Part shown: piece after piece, positions 20,601-28,840 of the stretch
How positions within the stretch are numbered: the stretch's first letter is position 1
Layout: every line of letters starts with the position of its first letter
Source of the DNA: Hydrogenophilales bacterium
GTDB lineage: Bacteria > Pseudomonadota > Gammaproteobacteria > Burkholderiales > Thiobacillaceae
Assembly: GCA_037442845.1 (NCBI GenBank)
Contig: JBBIPL010000002.1
Location: 10,370-74,369, forward strand
DNA: 64,000 nt
Direction of reading: 5' to 3'
The notes under the pieces: generated by a model
The model's database searches: none
What the model was told of the DNA's origin: nothing
The model's input: the letters and a program-made list of their open reading frames with translations, nothing else
Made by a program: the position numbers and the translations under genes

Positions 20601-20934
20601 TACCGCCACCTCGATGATCGGCGTCATCGCCCTGGCCGGCGTGGTGGTGCGCAACTCGCTGCTGCTGATCGACTTCATCCTCGACTACCGGCGCCAGGGC
20701 TACTCGCTGGAAGAGGCGGTGATGGAGGCCGGCGCTGTGCGCTTCCGTCCGATCCTGCTCACCGCGCTGGCGATCATCGCCGCCTCGGCGATCATGGTCA
20801 CCGACCCGGTGTTCGGCGGTCTCGCCGTATCGCTGATCTTCGGCACCTTCGCCTCGACCGCGCTGACCCTGGTGGTGATTCCCTTGCTGTACCTGCTGTG
20901 GCAGCGCCGCCAGCCATCCGCCGCCGCCGCTTGA
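17644..20934 (+). CDS. RND-superfamily efflux permease (AcrB/CzcA-like, 1096 aa)
   Basis: Twelve-TM, two-large-loop architecture. Motifs such as ALGLLVDDSIVVIENI and VVRNSLLLIDF. Substrate class is not inferable by eye. Confidence 0.93.
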   Translation: MSTNGSQINIAGKLAETFLESKITPLVILGLFMLGMLALGLTPREYNPQIVVPAANIVVSKPGASAEEVNNLIVKPLQAIMHAQSGVDHSYGYAANDYGVVTVQFEVGEDQEQSLVKLYNQLVQNMDRIPPGAFEPIVKPINVDDVPILTVTLSSREHDDRVLREIGARLLEHLRNAPGVSFTQLIGGRAPALNVWIDPQRVAGAGLSLDRVDQALRGANVSAPLGALTRDNRATPLRLDGFLGSAEEVGAIVVGVSQGRPVYLRDIARVEQGGAEVEEATWIGFGPAAGKAGGAGASAAVTLAIAKKAGANAVDVTAAVLAKLDDLKRQAIPEGVEVSITRDDGERADAAVDLLVEHLGIAIFTVILLMWWFLGWREAGIVTLTIPLILFIVLAVGLVLGQTINRITLFALILALGLLVDDSIVVIENIHRHLHHGKVKMEEFGKTLVNATNEIGNPTNVATLAVILAFIPMAFVTGMMGPFMRPIPINVPVAMLASLLIAYSVVPWAARRALRGKALREMEKRATMEDQGHAQEDPLRRMYLAVARPLMDSAAKRNLFFLVVVILLIGAMLMPAWQFVRPAGMNGPLSPLGVELKMLPNDDTNTMLLEIDMPAGTALAATDGVARAVGETLARHAEVADYQAFVGMAAPIDFAALVRGDMLKRGENLAQIRVNLSDKGDRSLSSHDIADEFHAALSDVRAAYPEARIKIYETPPGPPVPSQVLAELYGPDYDALRAAAGEVRAAFDQVYGLINVDDSVTADVQGYRVRVDAEKAMLAGVAPAQVAKLLRDYVSGFKIGTLHADDAREPIDISVRLPREQRADPDSLLSLRVANAQGAQIPLSAIATVERQTETKPIHARDLHANVMVGGEMLKSSPVYAVLALDQMLDGKPLPGGVTFTTGNLGFTEAQPKDVVDYTLLWGGEMRLTLDVFRDLGSAFIVALVLIYLTLTAYYKSFMLPIIVMGAIPLTLVGVFPGHWAMGQAFTATSMIGVIALAGVVVRNSLLLIDFILDYRRQGYSLEEAVMEAGAVRFRPILLTALAIIAASAIMVTDPVFGGLAVSLIFGTFASTALTLVVIPLLYLLWQRRQPSAAAA

Positions 20935-20968
20935 CCATCACTCTCAACCGACCTGTAAGGAGCTTCCC

Positions 20969-21193
20969 ATGAGCATCGAGAACATCGTCCGCATCGTCGC
21001 CGGTTTCTTCATCCTGCTGTCGCTGGCCCTCGCCCACATGATGGGTCAGGCCGACCTGACGCAGGTGAGCTGGCTGTGGTTCACCGCCTTCGTCGGCCTC
21101 AATCTGTTTCAGTCCGGTTTCACCAACTTCTGTCCGCTGGTCAACATCCTCAAGAAGATGGGCTTCAAGGAAGCCGGCGCCTCCTGCAACTGA
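20969..21193 (+). CDS. DUF2892 (YgaP C-terminal-like) small membrane protein
   Basis: ENIVRIVAGFFILLSLAL...WFTAFVGLNLFQSGFTNFCPLVNILKKMGF shows the two-TM and FCP pattern typical of DUF2892. Confidence 0.85.
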   Translation: MSIENIVRIVAGFFILLSLALAHMMGQADLTQVSWLWFTAFVGLNLFQSGFTNFCPLVNILKKMGFKEAGASCN

Positions 21194-21233
21194 GGTTAAA
21201 ATCTCGGCCTTCGCTTTCTTGCCGCCGTAGCCC

Positions 21234-21644
21234 ATGGAATTCGTACTGCAAAACATCTGGCTCATCCTGCTGGTCGTGGTCTCCGGCTTCATGCTGTTCG
21301 GCGGCGGCCTGTTCGGCCGGCTCTCCGGCATCAAGCAGGTGGGCCCGCAGGAGGCGGTGTTGCTGTTCAACCACGAGGATGCCCTGGTGCTGGACGTGCG
21401 CGAGCAATCCGAATGGGCCGACGGCCACATCGCCAGGGCCAAGCACGTGCCCCTCGGCCAGTTGAAGAACCGCATGGGCGATCTGGACAAGTTCAAGGAC
21501 AAGCCCATCGTCGCCGTATGCCGCAGCGGCAACCGCTCCCGGCACGCCTGCGGCCTGCTGCGCAAGGCCGGCTTCGAGAACGTGCACAACCTGGCCGGCG
21601 GCATGCAGGCCTGGGAACAGGCCGGACTGCCGAGAGAAAAGTAG
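21234..21644 (+). CDS. Membrane-anchored single-domain rhodanese (YibN-like)
   Basis: N-terminal TM (IWLILLVVVSGFMLFGG) and an active-site loop VAVCRSGNRSRHA. It occupies the yibN position before grxC-secB-gpsA. Confidence 0.88.
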   Translation: MEFVLQNIWLILLVVVSGFMLFGGGLFGRLSGIKQVGPQEAVLLFNHEDALVLDVREQSEWADGHIARAKHVPLGQLKNRMGDLDKFKDKPIVAVCRSGNRSRHACGLLRKAGFENVHNLAGGMQAWEQAGLPREK

Positions 21645-21687
21645 ACGCGAGCAGGCGGTTTCTAGGCCCCACTGGAAAGGACACGCA

Positions 21688-21945
21688 ATGCCCCCCGTGA
21701 AGATGTACTGCACCGCCGTATGCCCTTACTGCATCATGGCCGAGAAGCTGTTGAACAAGAAGGGCGTCAGCCGGATCGAGAAGATTCGCATCGATCTCGA
21801 TCCGGTCCAGCGCGACGAGATGATCCGCATCACCGGCCGCCGCACGGTGCCGCAGATCTACATCGGCGACCGTCACGTCGGCGGCTTCGACGACATTTCC
21901 GCGCTGGACGCGGCGGGTGAACTGGATCCCCTGCTGGCCGCCTGA
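21688..21945 (+). CDS. grxC: Glutaredoxin 3
   Basis: VKMYCTAVCPYCIMAEKLL..., TVPQIYIGDRHVGGFDD. Confidence 0.92.
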   Translation: MPPVKMYCTAVCPYCIMAEKLLNKKGVSRIEKIRIDLDPVQRDEMIRITGRRTVPQIYIGDRHVGGFDDISALDAAGELDPLLAA

Positions 21946-22018
21946 ACCTCACGGCGCTTGAATTCGCGGCGGCCCGCCGCCATTTTGCTGCCAGTGTCCT
22001 GATGCACGGAGCCCAGTC

Positions 22019-22438
22019 ATGGAACTCGTCTGTCCCCACTGCGGCGCGGTCAACCGCGTGCCCGACGACCGCCTGAAGCAGCAACCGAAATGCGGCAAAT
22101 GCGGCGCCGAAGTGCTGCCCGCCCATCCCGTCGAACTCATTGCCGCGAACTTCGACAAGTTCATCGCCAGAAACGAACTGCCCGTGCTGGTGGATTTCTG
22201 GGCGCCCTGGTGCGGCCCCTGCAAGATGTTCGCTCCCACCTTCGCGCAGATGGCCGGCCAGTACCTGGGCCGGGTGCGTTTCGCCAAGGTGAACACGGAG
22301 GCGGAACAGGGGCTGGCCGCCCGCCACGGCATCCGCAGCATCCCCACGCTGGCCCTGTTCAAGGGCGGGCGGGAAGTGGACCGGGTGGCCGGCGCGTTGC
22401 CGCCGCAACAGTTGCAGGCCTGGCTGGCGCGGTATTGA
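22019..22438 (+). CDS. trxC: Thioredoxin 2 (zinc-finger N-terminus)
   Basis: CPHCGAVNRVP...CGKCG zinc motif plus WAPWCGPCK. Confidence 0.9.
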   Translation: MELVCPHCGAVNRVPDDRLKQQPKCGKCGAEVLPAHPVELIAANFDKFIARNELPVLVDFWAPWCGPCKMFAPTFAQMAGQYLGRVRFAKVNTEAEQGLAARHGIRSIPTLALFKGGREVDRVAGALPPQQLQAWLARY

Positions 22439-22507
22439 AGGGGTCCGCGAAGCCGTAATGGTGAGAGGCTATAATTTCCGGCCTTCTTTCCCAACCCGGA
22501 TCCCGTC

Positions 22508-22981
22508 ATGACCGATCAGCAACCGCAACAACAAGCCCTGCCCGTCTTCCAGATCGAGAAGATCTACGTCAAGGATCTCTCCGTCGAGGTGCCCAGCGCG
22601 CCCGCCATCTTCCTGGAAAGGGACCCGCCGCAGATCGACATGCAGCTCAACACCCAGAGCGCGCCGGTGGATACCGGCAACGGCATCTACCAGACCATCC
22701 TGACCCTGACCATCAACGCCAAGATCAAGGACAAGGTCGCCTTCCTGGTCGAACTGCAACAGGCCGGCATCTTCCGCATCCAGAACGTGCCGCAGGAGGC
22801 GATGGAGCCGGCCCTCGGCATCGGCTGCCCGAACATCCTCTTCCCCTACGCCCGCGAGGCGGTGTCCGACGCCGTGCTGAAAGCCGGCTTCCCGCCGCTG
22901 ATGCTGCAACCCGTCAATTTCGAGGTGATGTACATGCAGCAACAGCAGGCTCTGCAGCAGCAAACGCAGCAGCCGAACTGA
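22508..22981 (+). CDS. secB: Protein-export chaperone SecB
   Basis: FQIEKIYVKDLSVEVPSAPAIF..., CPNILFPYAREAVSDAV, acidic Q-rich tail. Confidence 0.93.
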   Translation: MTDQQPQQQALPVFQIEKIYVKDLSVEVPSAPAIFLERDPPQIDMQLNTQSAPVDTGNGIYQTILTLTINAKIKDKVAFLVELQQAGIFRIQNVPQEAMEPALGIGCPNILFPYAREAVSDAVLKAGFPPLMLQPVNFEVMYMQQQQALQQQTQQPN

Positions 22982-23038
22982 CCCCGCGCCGGGCATGGTG
23001 CGCATGAGCCCAGCGCGCGGCGACGAGCGGGTGGCCCG

Positions 23039-24028
23039 GTGAGCATCGCCGTGCTCGGCGCCGGCGCCTGGGGGACCGGCCTGGCCATCCGCCTGGCCGG
23101 GCACAGTGCGGTGAGGCTGTGGACGCGTTCCGCCGAGCACGCGGCGGCCATGGCGCGCGACCGCGAGAATCACCGCTATCTGCCCGGCTTCGCCCTGCCC
23201 GCGGGGCTGGCGCCAACCGGCGAGCTGGCCGCCGCGCTGGCGGATGCAGACCTGATCGTCGCCGCCGTGCCCAGCAACGGCTTCCGTTCCTTGCTCCTGG
23301 AGTTGCGCCAGCGCGGCGCGCGGCAGCCCCTGGTGTGGCTGTGCAAGGGTCTGGAGACCGGCACGCGCAAGCTGCCGCACGCGGTGCTGGCGGAAACCTG
23401 GCCCGAGCATCCGCCGGCCGCCGTGCTGTCGGGCCCCAGCTTCGCCAAGGAAGTGGCGCAGGGCCTGCCCGCTGCGCTCAGCGTGGCCAGCGACGACGCG
23501 GATTTCGCCCGGCAGGTCGCGCGCCAGCTGCACGATTCCCGCCTGCGCCTTTATTCCGGCAGCGACGTGGTGGGCGTGGAACTGGGCGGCGCGGTGAAGA
23601 ACGTCATCGCCATCGCCGCCGGCATTTCCGACGGCCTGGGCTTCGGCTGCAACGCCCGCGCCGCGCTGATCACGCGCGGTCTGGCCGAGCTGACCCGGCT
23701 CGGCCTGAAGATGGGCGGGCATCCGGAAACCTTCATGGGTCTGTCCGGCATGGGCGATCTCATCCTCACCTGCACCGGCGATCTCTCGCGCAACCGGCAA
23801 CTGGGCCAGCGCCTGGCCGCCGGCGAAAGCCCGGAAGGCGCCCTGCGCGAACTCGGGCACGTGGCCGAAGGCGCCACCACCGCCGTGGAGGTGGACGCCC
23901 TGGCGCGCGAACTGGGCGTCGACATGCCCATCACCGAGGCGGTAGCGCGGGTGCTCGGCCAGGAATTGGCGCCGCGCGAGGCGGTGGCCGCCCTGCTCGC
24001 GCGCGACCTCAAGGACGAAGGCGCCTGA
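23039..24028 (+). CDS. gpsA: NAD(P)H-dependent glycerol-3-phosphate dehydrogenase
   Basis: GTG start. VLGAGAWGTGLA, GAVKNVIAIAAGISDG, MGLSGMGDLILTCT. Confidence 0.95.
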   Translation: MSIAVLGAGAWGTGLAIRLAGHSAVRLWTRSAEHAAAMARDRENHRYLPGFALPAGLAPTGELAAALADADLIVAAVPSNGFRSLLLELRQRGARQPLVWLCKGLETGTRKLPHAVLAETWPEHPPAAVLSGPSFAKEVAQGLPAALSVASDDADFARQVARQLHDSRLRLYSGSDVVGVELGGAVKNVIAIAAGISDGLGFGCNARAALITRGLAELTRLGLKMGGHPETFMGLSGMGDLILTCTGDLSRNRQLGQRLAAGESPEGALRELGHVAEGATTAVEVDALARELGVDMPITEAVARVLGQELAPREAVAALLARDLKDEGA

Positions 24029-24035
24029 CGCGGCC

Positions 24036-24887
24036 GTGCGGCCGGCCACGCCGCCCATGCCCCCGCAGTCCGCACCGAGTCCGTTCGCGGCGCGCCACGC
24101 CCGCTGGACGGAACTGCACGCCCGCCACGGCCCCGCCCGCGCCTATCCCTACGCCTGGCGCCTGCCCGAGCTGGCGCGCGGCGAGGGGCGACGCGCCAGC
24201 GTCCGCGCGGCGCTGGCCTTGAGCCTGACGCTGTACGGCTTGGGGCGCTTCCCGGAAGCCCAGCGCAAGCTGCCGCCCGATCTATTTTTCGATGAGGATG
24301 ACGCCGAGTTGGCGGCCGCCGTCGACGATCTGCGCCGCCGCTGTCTCTGGTGGATGGGCGAGGACGTCGCGCCGCCGCCCGATGCGTCGCCGCCCGGCTG
24401 CGCCCAGGCTCCCGCCGCGTTGCTGCGGCGCGCCTATTTCCACTTTCTCGGCGACCGGCCGCTGCCGCCGGCGGATGCTGCCTGGCAGGCGGCTCCGGGC
24501 GTGGACGACTTGCCAGGCGCGTGGCTAACTCTGTTGCGGCACTGGTCGCGCCTGCGCGTGGGCCAGCCGGCGCCCGCCAGCGACGCCCATGCGGCGCTCG
24601 CCGCCTTGTGCCGCCAGGCGCCGGCCGAGGCGGCGCACGCCGTGGCGGTGTTCGCCGAGGCCGCCTTCCACCAGCATGCCGCCCTGTCCCTGGTCTGGCT
24701 GGAGGAGGCCCTGGAACAGGGCGAACGTTTCGGCCAGCATCACCTCAAGGCCCGCCTGCTCCACCTCAAGGCCCGCGCCCTAGCGGCCGGCGGCGCCCTG
24801 CGCGAGGCCGACCGTTTCCTTGCCCTGGCGCGCGAGTGGGCGGCGCGTCAGGGGGCTTGGCGGGCGCTGCGCGACATGGCGCTATGA
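24036..24887 (+). CDS. Hypothetical Ala/Leu-rich protein (283 aa)
   Basis: Same strand as gpsA and immediately after it, with reasonable GC3. No motif recognised. Competing track ORFs here are Arg/Pro-rich artefacts. Confidence 0.4.
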   Translation: MRPATPPMPPQSAPSPFAARHARWTELHARHGPARAYPYAWRLPELARGEGRRASVRAALALSLTLYGLGRFPEAQRKLPPDLFFDEDDAELAAAVDDLRRRCLWWMGEDVAPPPDASPPGCAQAPAALLRRAYFHFLGDRPLPPADAAWQAAPGVDDLPGAWLTLLRHWSRLRVGQPAPASDAHAALAALCRQAPAEAAHAVAVFAEAAFHQHAALSLVWLEEALEQGERFGQHHLKARLLHLKARALAAGGALREADRFLALAREWAARQGAWRALRDMAL

Positions 24888-24914
24888 TGCACTGCACAAA
24901 TCTCCCTGCCCACC

Positions 24915-25529
24915 ATGCCGCCCCTGCCGGAAACCCTGACCACGCGCCTTTCCTCCCTGCTGCGCCGGGCGCCGGTGACCTGTCCGCCGGACACCCCGAT
25001 TCGCGCCGCGCTGGGCATGATGCGCCGCGACAAGGTGGACTCGATCCTGCTGGTAAACGCCGACGGGCGGCCGGCCGGAGTCTTCACCCTCAATGACCTG
25101 CGCGACCGTGTGGCGGCCGAGGAGTGCGATCTCGACTGGCCCATGCGCACGGTGATGACGCCCACCCCGTTCTTCCTGGATGGCGACGCCACCGCCCTGG
25201 AAGCCGCCCCGGCCATGGCGCAGCGCCTGATTCACCACGGGGTGGTGACTTTGGCCGAGGGCCGCATACTCGGCGTGGTCTCGGAGAAGGACCTGTTCGC
25301 CCTGCAACGCCTGGGGGTGGGCCACATCGCCGCCGGCGACCGCGAAGCGGAAAGTGACCAGGCGCAACTTGCGGCCCTGGGACTGGGTGTCGCGCCACTG
25401 CGGCGCCTGGATCGGGTAGTCGAGGGGACGCGGTTTCGGCAGGCGGCCGATGGCGACGATGCTGCTGCCGGCCATGTCGTGCAGGGAGAAGCGGAAATCC
25501 TCCGCCTGGCCGGGGAAAACAGCTGGTAG
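24915..25529 (+). CDS. Stand-alone CBS-pair protein; paralogous fragment of the cNMP/CBS/DUF294 protein at 55184; C-terminal ~65 aa doubtful
   Basis: LSSLLRRAPVTCPPDTPIRAAL...GVFTLNDLRDRV...MRTVMTPTPFFL...GVVSEKDLFALQRLGV aligns residue-for-residue with LSSIARRKPVTCRPDTPLRAAL...GVFSVRDLISRV...MREVMTPNPLFL...GVISEKDLFSLQRVGV of ORF 55184. Similarity stops at about 25320, and the opposite strand then has the better codon bias. Confidence 0.55.
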   Translation: MPPLPETLTTRLSSLLRRAPVTCPPDTPIRAALGMMRRDKVDSILLVNADGRPAGVFTLNDLRDRVAAEECDLDWPMRTVMTPTPFFLDGDATALEAAPAMAQRLIHHGVVTLAEGRILGVVSEKDLFALQRLGVGHIAAGDREAESDQAQLAALGLGVAPLRRLDRVVEGTRFRQAADGDDAAAGHVVQGEAEILRLAGENSW

Positions 25530-25595
25530 GTCGCCGCCAGGCGCGGGAACTCGCTGGTCATGCCGGGCGCGGCAAGAAGCGGGCCCGGTTCTTGT

Positions 25596-25853
25596 TCAGC
25601 CGCCCGTCACCGGCGGAAACAGCGCCACCTCGTCGCCCTCACGCAGCGCGGCGCCGGCGGCGGCGATGTCCTGGTTCACCGCCATGCGGAAGTTGCGGCC
25701 GGGCGCCAGGGCCTCGGCCCAGGCGCCGCCGCGCGCGCGCAGGGCGGCGAGCAGGTCGTCGAGGGTGGGCGCGTCGCCGTCCAGGGCCAGGGTTTCCCGG
25801 TCCAGGCCGAGCGTCTCGCGCAGGCGGGCGAAGTAGAGAACGCGGATCTGCAT
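25596..25853 (-). CDS. moaD: Molybdopterin synthase sulfur-carrier subunit
   Basis: MQIRVLYFARLRETLG...MAVNQDIAA...GDEVALFPPVTGG, with the C-terminal Gly-Gly. Confidence 0.88.
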   Translation of the reverse strand: MQIRVLYFARLRETLGLDRETLALDGDAPTLDDLLAALRARGGAWAEALAPGRNFRMAVNQDIAAAGAALREGDEVALFPPVTGG

Positions 25854-25907
25854 GATGTCGATTCCTCGGAGGCGGCTAGGTTAGCAGTTTGCCGGCCGGG
25901 TCGGCGT

Positions 25908-26399
25908 TCAGCTTCGCACCCAGGCCAGGATGAAGGCGGCGATGCCGGCATCGTCCCGCAGCGGCAGATAGGGCAAGGCGCCGCCGGGGTCGCGGTCCGC
26001 CGCCACCGCGATCACCCGCGCATCGCCCGGATGCAGCCAGGGCTGGGCGTTGGCTTCGCGCCAGACCTCGATCTTGGCCAGTTCGGCGTGGCGGAAACCT
26101 TCCACCAGCACCAGGTCGCAGGGCGAGAGGCGGGCGACGTGCTCGGCGAGGCCCGGCTCCGGCGCGCCGCGCAACTCGTTCACCAGCATCCAGCGGTGCG
26201 GCGAGGTGAGCAGCACCTCGCGCGCGCCGGCCTGGCGGTGGCGCCAGGAATCCTTGCCGGGAGTGTCCACCGCGAAATCGTGATGGCTCTGCTTGATTAC
26301 GGAAACGACCAGGTCCGCCGCCGCCAGGCGCGGCAGCAGGCGTTCGATCAGGGTGGTCTTGCCGGCGCCGCTGTAGCCGGCGAATCCCAATGTTTTCAT
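25908..26399 (-). CDS. mobB: Molybdopterin-guanine dinucleotide biosynthesis adapter MobB
   Basis: MKTLGFAGYSGAGKTTLIERLLPRL...SVIKQSHHDF... Start at the internal Met (26399). Confidence 0.9.
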   Translation of the reverse strand: MKTLGFAGYSGAGKTTLIERLLPRLAAADLVVSVIKQSHHDFAVDTPGKDSWRHRQAGAREVLLTSPHRWMLVNELRGAPEPGLAEHVARLSPCDLVLVEGFRHAELAKIEVWREANAQPWLHPGDARVIAVAADRDPGGALPYLPLRDDAGIAAFILAWVRS

Positions 26400-26592
26400 G
26401 GCGTTCGTATGCAGGAATGCGGGGTACGTCGACGGTGGGGCGCGGTCAGGCATGTCACCGGTTCATGATCCAGATCAAGGCGAGTCGATGCCGACTTGTC
26501 GAAGATCAAGACCCGTGCTTCACTGGTCGCGGGCAATCGTCGACATTCTGCCGCGCGAATTTCGCCGAGAAAACCTCCCGCCGAGAAAACCC

Positions 26593-27567
26593 ATGCACAC
26601 CCTGGTTGACCGCTTCGGACGACGCATCGAATACCTCCGGCTATCCGTCACGGATCGCTGCGACCTGCGCTGCGCCTATTGCATCCCCGAAGGCTTCAAG
26701 GGCTTCGAGGAGCCCGAGCACTGGCTCAACTTCGACGAGATCGAGCGGCTCATGCGCCTGTTCGCCGGGCTGGGCCTGAAGCGCCTGCGCCTGACCGGCG
26801 GCGAACCCCTGCTGCGGCGGAACATCGTCGAACTGAGCCGCCGCCTCGCCGCCATTCCCGGCATCGAGGACCTGTCCATCTCCACCAACGCCACCCAGCT
26901 CGCCGAGACGGCGACGGATCTGAAGGCGGCGGGCGTCACCCGCCTCAACGTCAGCCTCGATTCGCTGCGCGCCGAGGGCGTGGAAAAGATCAACGGCCGG
27001 CCGGTGCTGGACAAGATCCTCGCCGGCCTGGAGGCCGGCCGCGCCGCCGGCTTCAATCCCATCAAGGTCAATATGGTGGCGATGCGGGAAAACGCCGACG
27101 AGATCGACGACATCGTCGCCTACTGCATGGAAAACGGCTTCGTGCTGCGCCTCATCGAAGTCATGCCTATGGGCGACACCGCCCGCAAGATGGGCTACGT
27201 CGACCTGCAACCGGTGAAGGCGCAACTCAAGCAACGCTTCGGCCTGGTCGACACGGTCATGCCCGGCGGCGGCCCGGCGCGCTACCTGGGCACCCCGGAC
27301 GGACGCTTCACCGTCGGCTTCATCACCCCCATATCGCAGCACTTCTGCGAGACCTGCAACCGGGTGCGACTGACCGTCGACGGCGTGCTGCACCTGTGCC
27401 TGGGCCAGGAGGAGCGCATGGACTTCCGCGCCCTCATGCGCGCCGGCGCCAGCGACAAGGACATCGTCGAAGCCATCCGCCTGGCCATCGACCTCAAGCC
27501 GGAACGCCACGAGTTCATCGAAGCGCCGCAAAAGCTGGTGCGCTTCATGAACATGACCGGCGGCTGA
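26593..27567 (+). CDS. moaA: GTP 3',8-cyclase (Moco biosynthesis protein A)
   Basis: MHTLVDRFGRRIEYLRLSVTDRCDLRCAYCIPEG..., C-terminal FCETCNRVRLTVDG, ...NMTGG. Confidence 0.95.
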   Translation: MHTLVDRFGRRIEYLRLSVTDRCDLRCAYCIPEGFKGFEEPEHWLNFDEIERLMRLFAGLGLKRLRLTGGEPLLRRNIVELSRRLAAIPGIEDLSISTNATQLAETATDLKAAGVTRLNVSLDSLRAEGVEKINGRPVLDKILAGLEAGRAAGFNPIKVNMVAMRENADEIDDIVAYCMENGFVLRLIEVMPMGDTARKMGYVDLQPVKAQLKQRFGLVDTVMPGGGPARYLGTPDGRFTVGFITPISQHFCETCNRVRLTVDGVLHLCLGQEERMDFRALMRAGASDKDIVEAIRLAIDLKPERHEFIEAPQKLVRFMNMTGG

Positions 27568-27616
27568 AGTCCGAGCGGCCACTCCCAAGCGTGCAGGCGA
27601 GGGCGCCTGAGCGCGC

Positions 27617-28522
27617 TCAGCCGCCCAGCTTTTTGCCGCGCACCGCCGGCAAACTCGCGAGCCGCCAATTCAGGCGCGCCCAACACCAGAAATCCCCCAA
27701 GGAACCCACTGCGGCACCCGCTTCCATGCCCAGGAAGCGCGCCGCCCGCAACAAGGCCGGCAAGGGATCGGCGGTGTCGAGGGGCGCGGCCAGGGTCTGC
27801 TTGGACAGCTTGTCGCCCGCCGCGTCCAGCACCACCGGCAGGTGCATGTACATCGGGGTGGGATAGCCCAGCGCCCGCTGCAACACGATCTGGCGGGGCG
27901 TCGAGGCGAGCAGGTCGGCGCCGCGCACCACGTGGGTGATGCCCTGCTCGGCGTCGTCCACCGCCACCGACAGTTGGTAGGTGAACACCCCGTCGGCCCG
28001 CTTCAGCACGAAATCGCCGCATTCCCGGGCGATGTCGCAGGCCACCCTGCCGAGCAGGCGGTCATCGAACGCCACCCGCATCTCCGGCACCCGCAAGCGC
28101 CAGGCCGGTTCCCGCGCCGGGTCGCCGCGCCAGCCGAGCTCCCGGCAGGTGCCGGGATAGACCGGCCCGTCGACGCCGCGCCGCGCCACTTCGGCGACCT
28201 CCTTGCGGCTGCAATGGCAGCCATAGACCAGACCCATTGCGTCCAGCCGGTCCAGCGCCGCCTGATAGGCCGCGCCGCGGCCGCCCTGGTAGGCCACCGG
28301 CCCGTCCCACTCGAACCCGAAGGCTTCCAGGCCGCGCAGGATCGCATCCGTGGCGCCGGCCACCACCCGCGGCGGGTCGACGTCCTCGATGCGCAGCAGC
28401 CACTCGCCGGCCTGGGCGCGGGCATCCAGGCAGCTGCCCAGGGCCGCCACCAAAGAGCCGAAATGCAGCGGCCCCGAGGGTGTGGGGGCGAAGCGGCCGC
28501 GATAGGGGGATGGATGCATGGC
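27617..28522 (-). CDS. gluQ: Glutamyl-Q tRNA(Asp) synthetase
   Basis: [29 protein letters not shown]... (HIGH-like), [13 protein letters not shown]. Confidence 0.9.
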   Translation of the reverse strand, partial: AMHPSPYRGRFAPTPSGPLHFGSLVAALGSCLDARAQAGEWLLRIEDVDPPRVVAGATDAILRGLEAFGFEWDGPVAYQGGRGAAYQAALDRLDAMGLVYGCHCSRKEVAEVARRGVDGPVYPGTCRELGWRGDPAREPAWRLRVPEMRVAFDDRLLGRVACDIARECGDFVLKRADGVFTYQLSVAVDDAEQGITHVVRGADLLASTPRQIVLQRALGYPTPMYMHLPVVLDAAGDKLSKQTLAAPLDTADPLPALLRAARFLGMEAGAAVGSLGDFWCWARLNWRLASLPAVRGKKLGG

Positions 28523-28840
28523 GTGAGCATACCTCCTCACGCGGGGCGCAATTCTTCCGGATAACGGCGCCTAAGATAGCCGCATCATGCCAGCAATGGC
28601 CGCCTACCACCCGTTTTAGCCCACCGTGCGGCAAGAAAATTCAATCAGACGGTGGGTTTTGCAAGAGGCTCAGGGTTATTCGTTTTGCTCAAAGGTGCTC
28701 ATCAGGCCCGCCTCGACCGCCGGATACAGATCGCTCGCGGTGGCTTTGCCAGTCCGGTGCTTTCTCAGGCCAGCATCCAAGAATTCAGATCCAGCCCGAC
28801 CACCCGGCCCTGAGCCATGCGCATCGCCAAAAATTCCGCT

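Noticed and set aside
26400-26592. Possible Moco riboswitch upstream of moaA, and a direct repeat CGCCGAGAAAACC x2 at about 26553-26590.
   Set aside because: Moco RNA is common before moaA, but I could not recognise its conserved core here. The 13-nt direct repeat overlaps the likely SD region and may be incidental. It needs cmsearch with RF01055.
27603-27616. Perfect 14-nt palindrome CTGAGCGCGCTCAG between the convergent moaA and gluQ.
   Set aside because: It is too short and has no U-tract, so it cannot be called a terminator. It abuts the gluQ stop codon and is likely incidental in GC-rich DNA.
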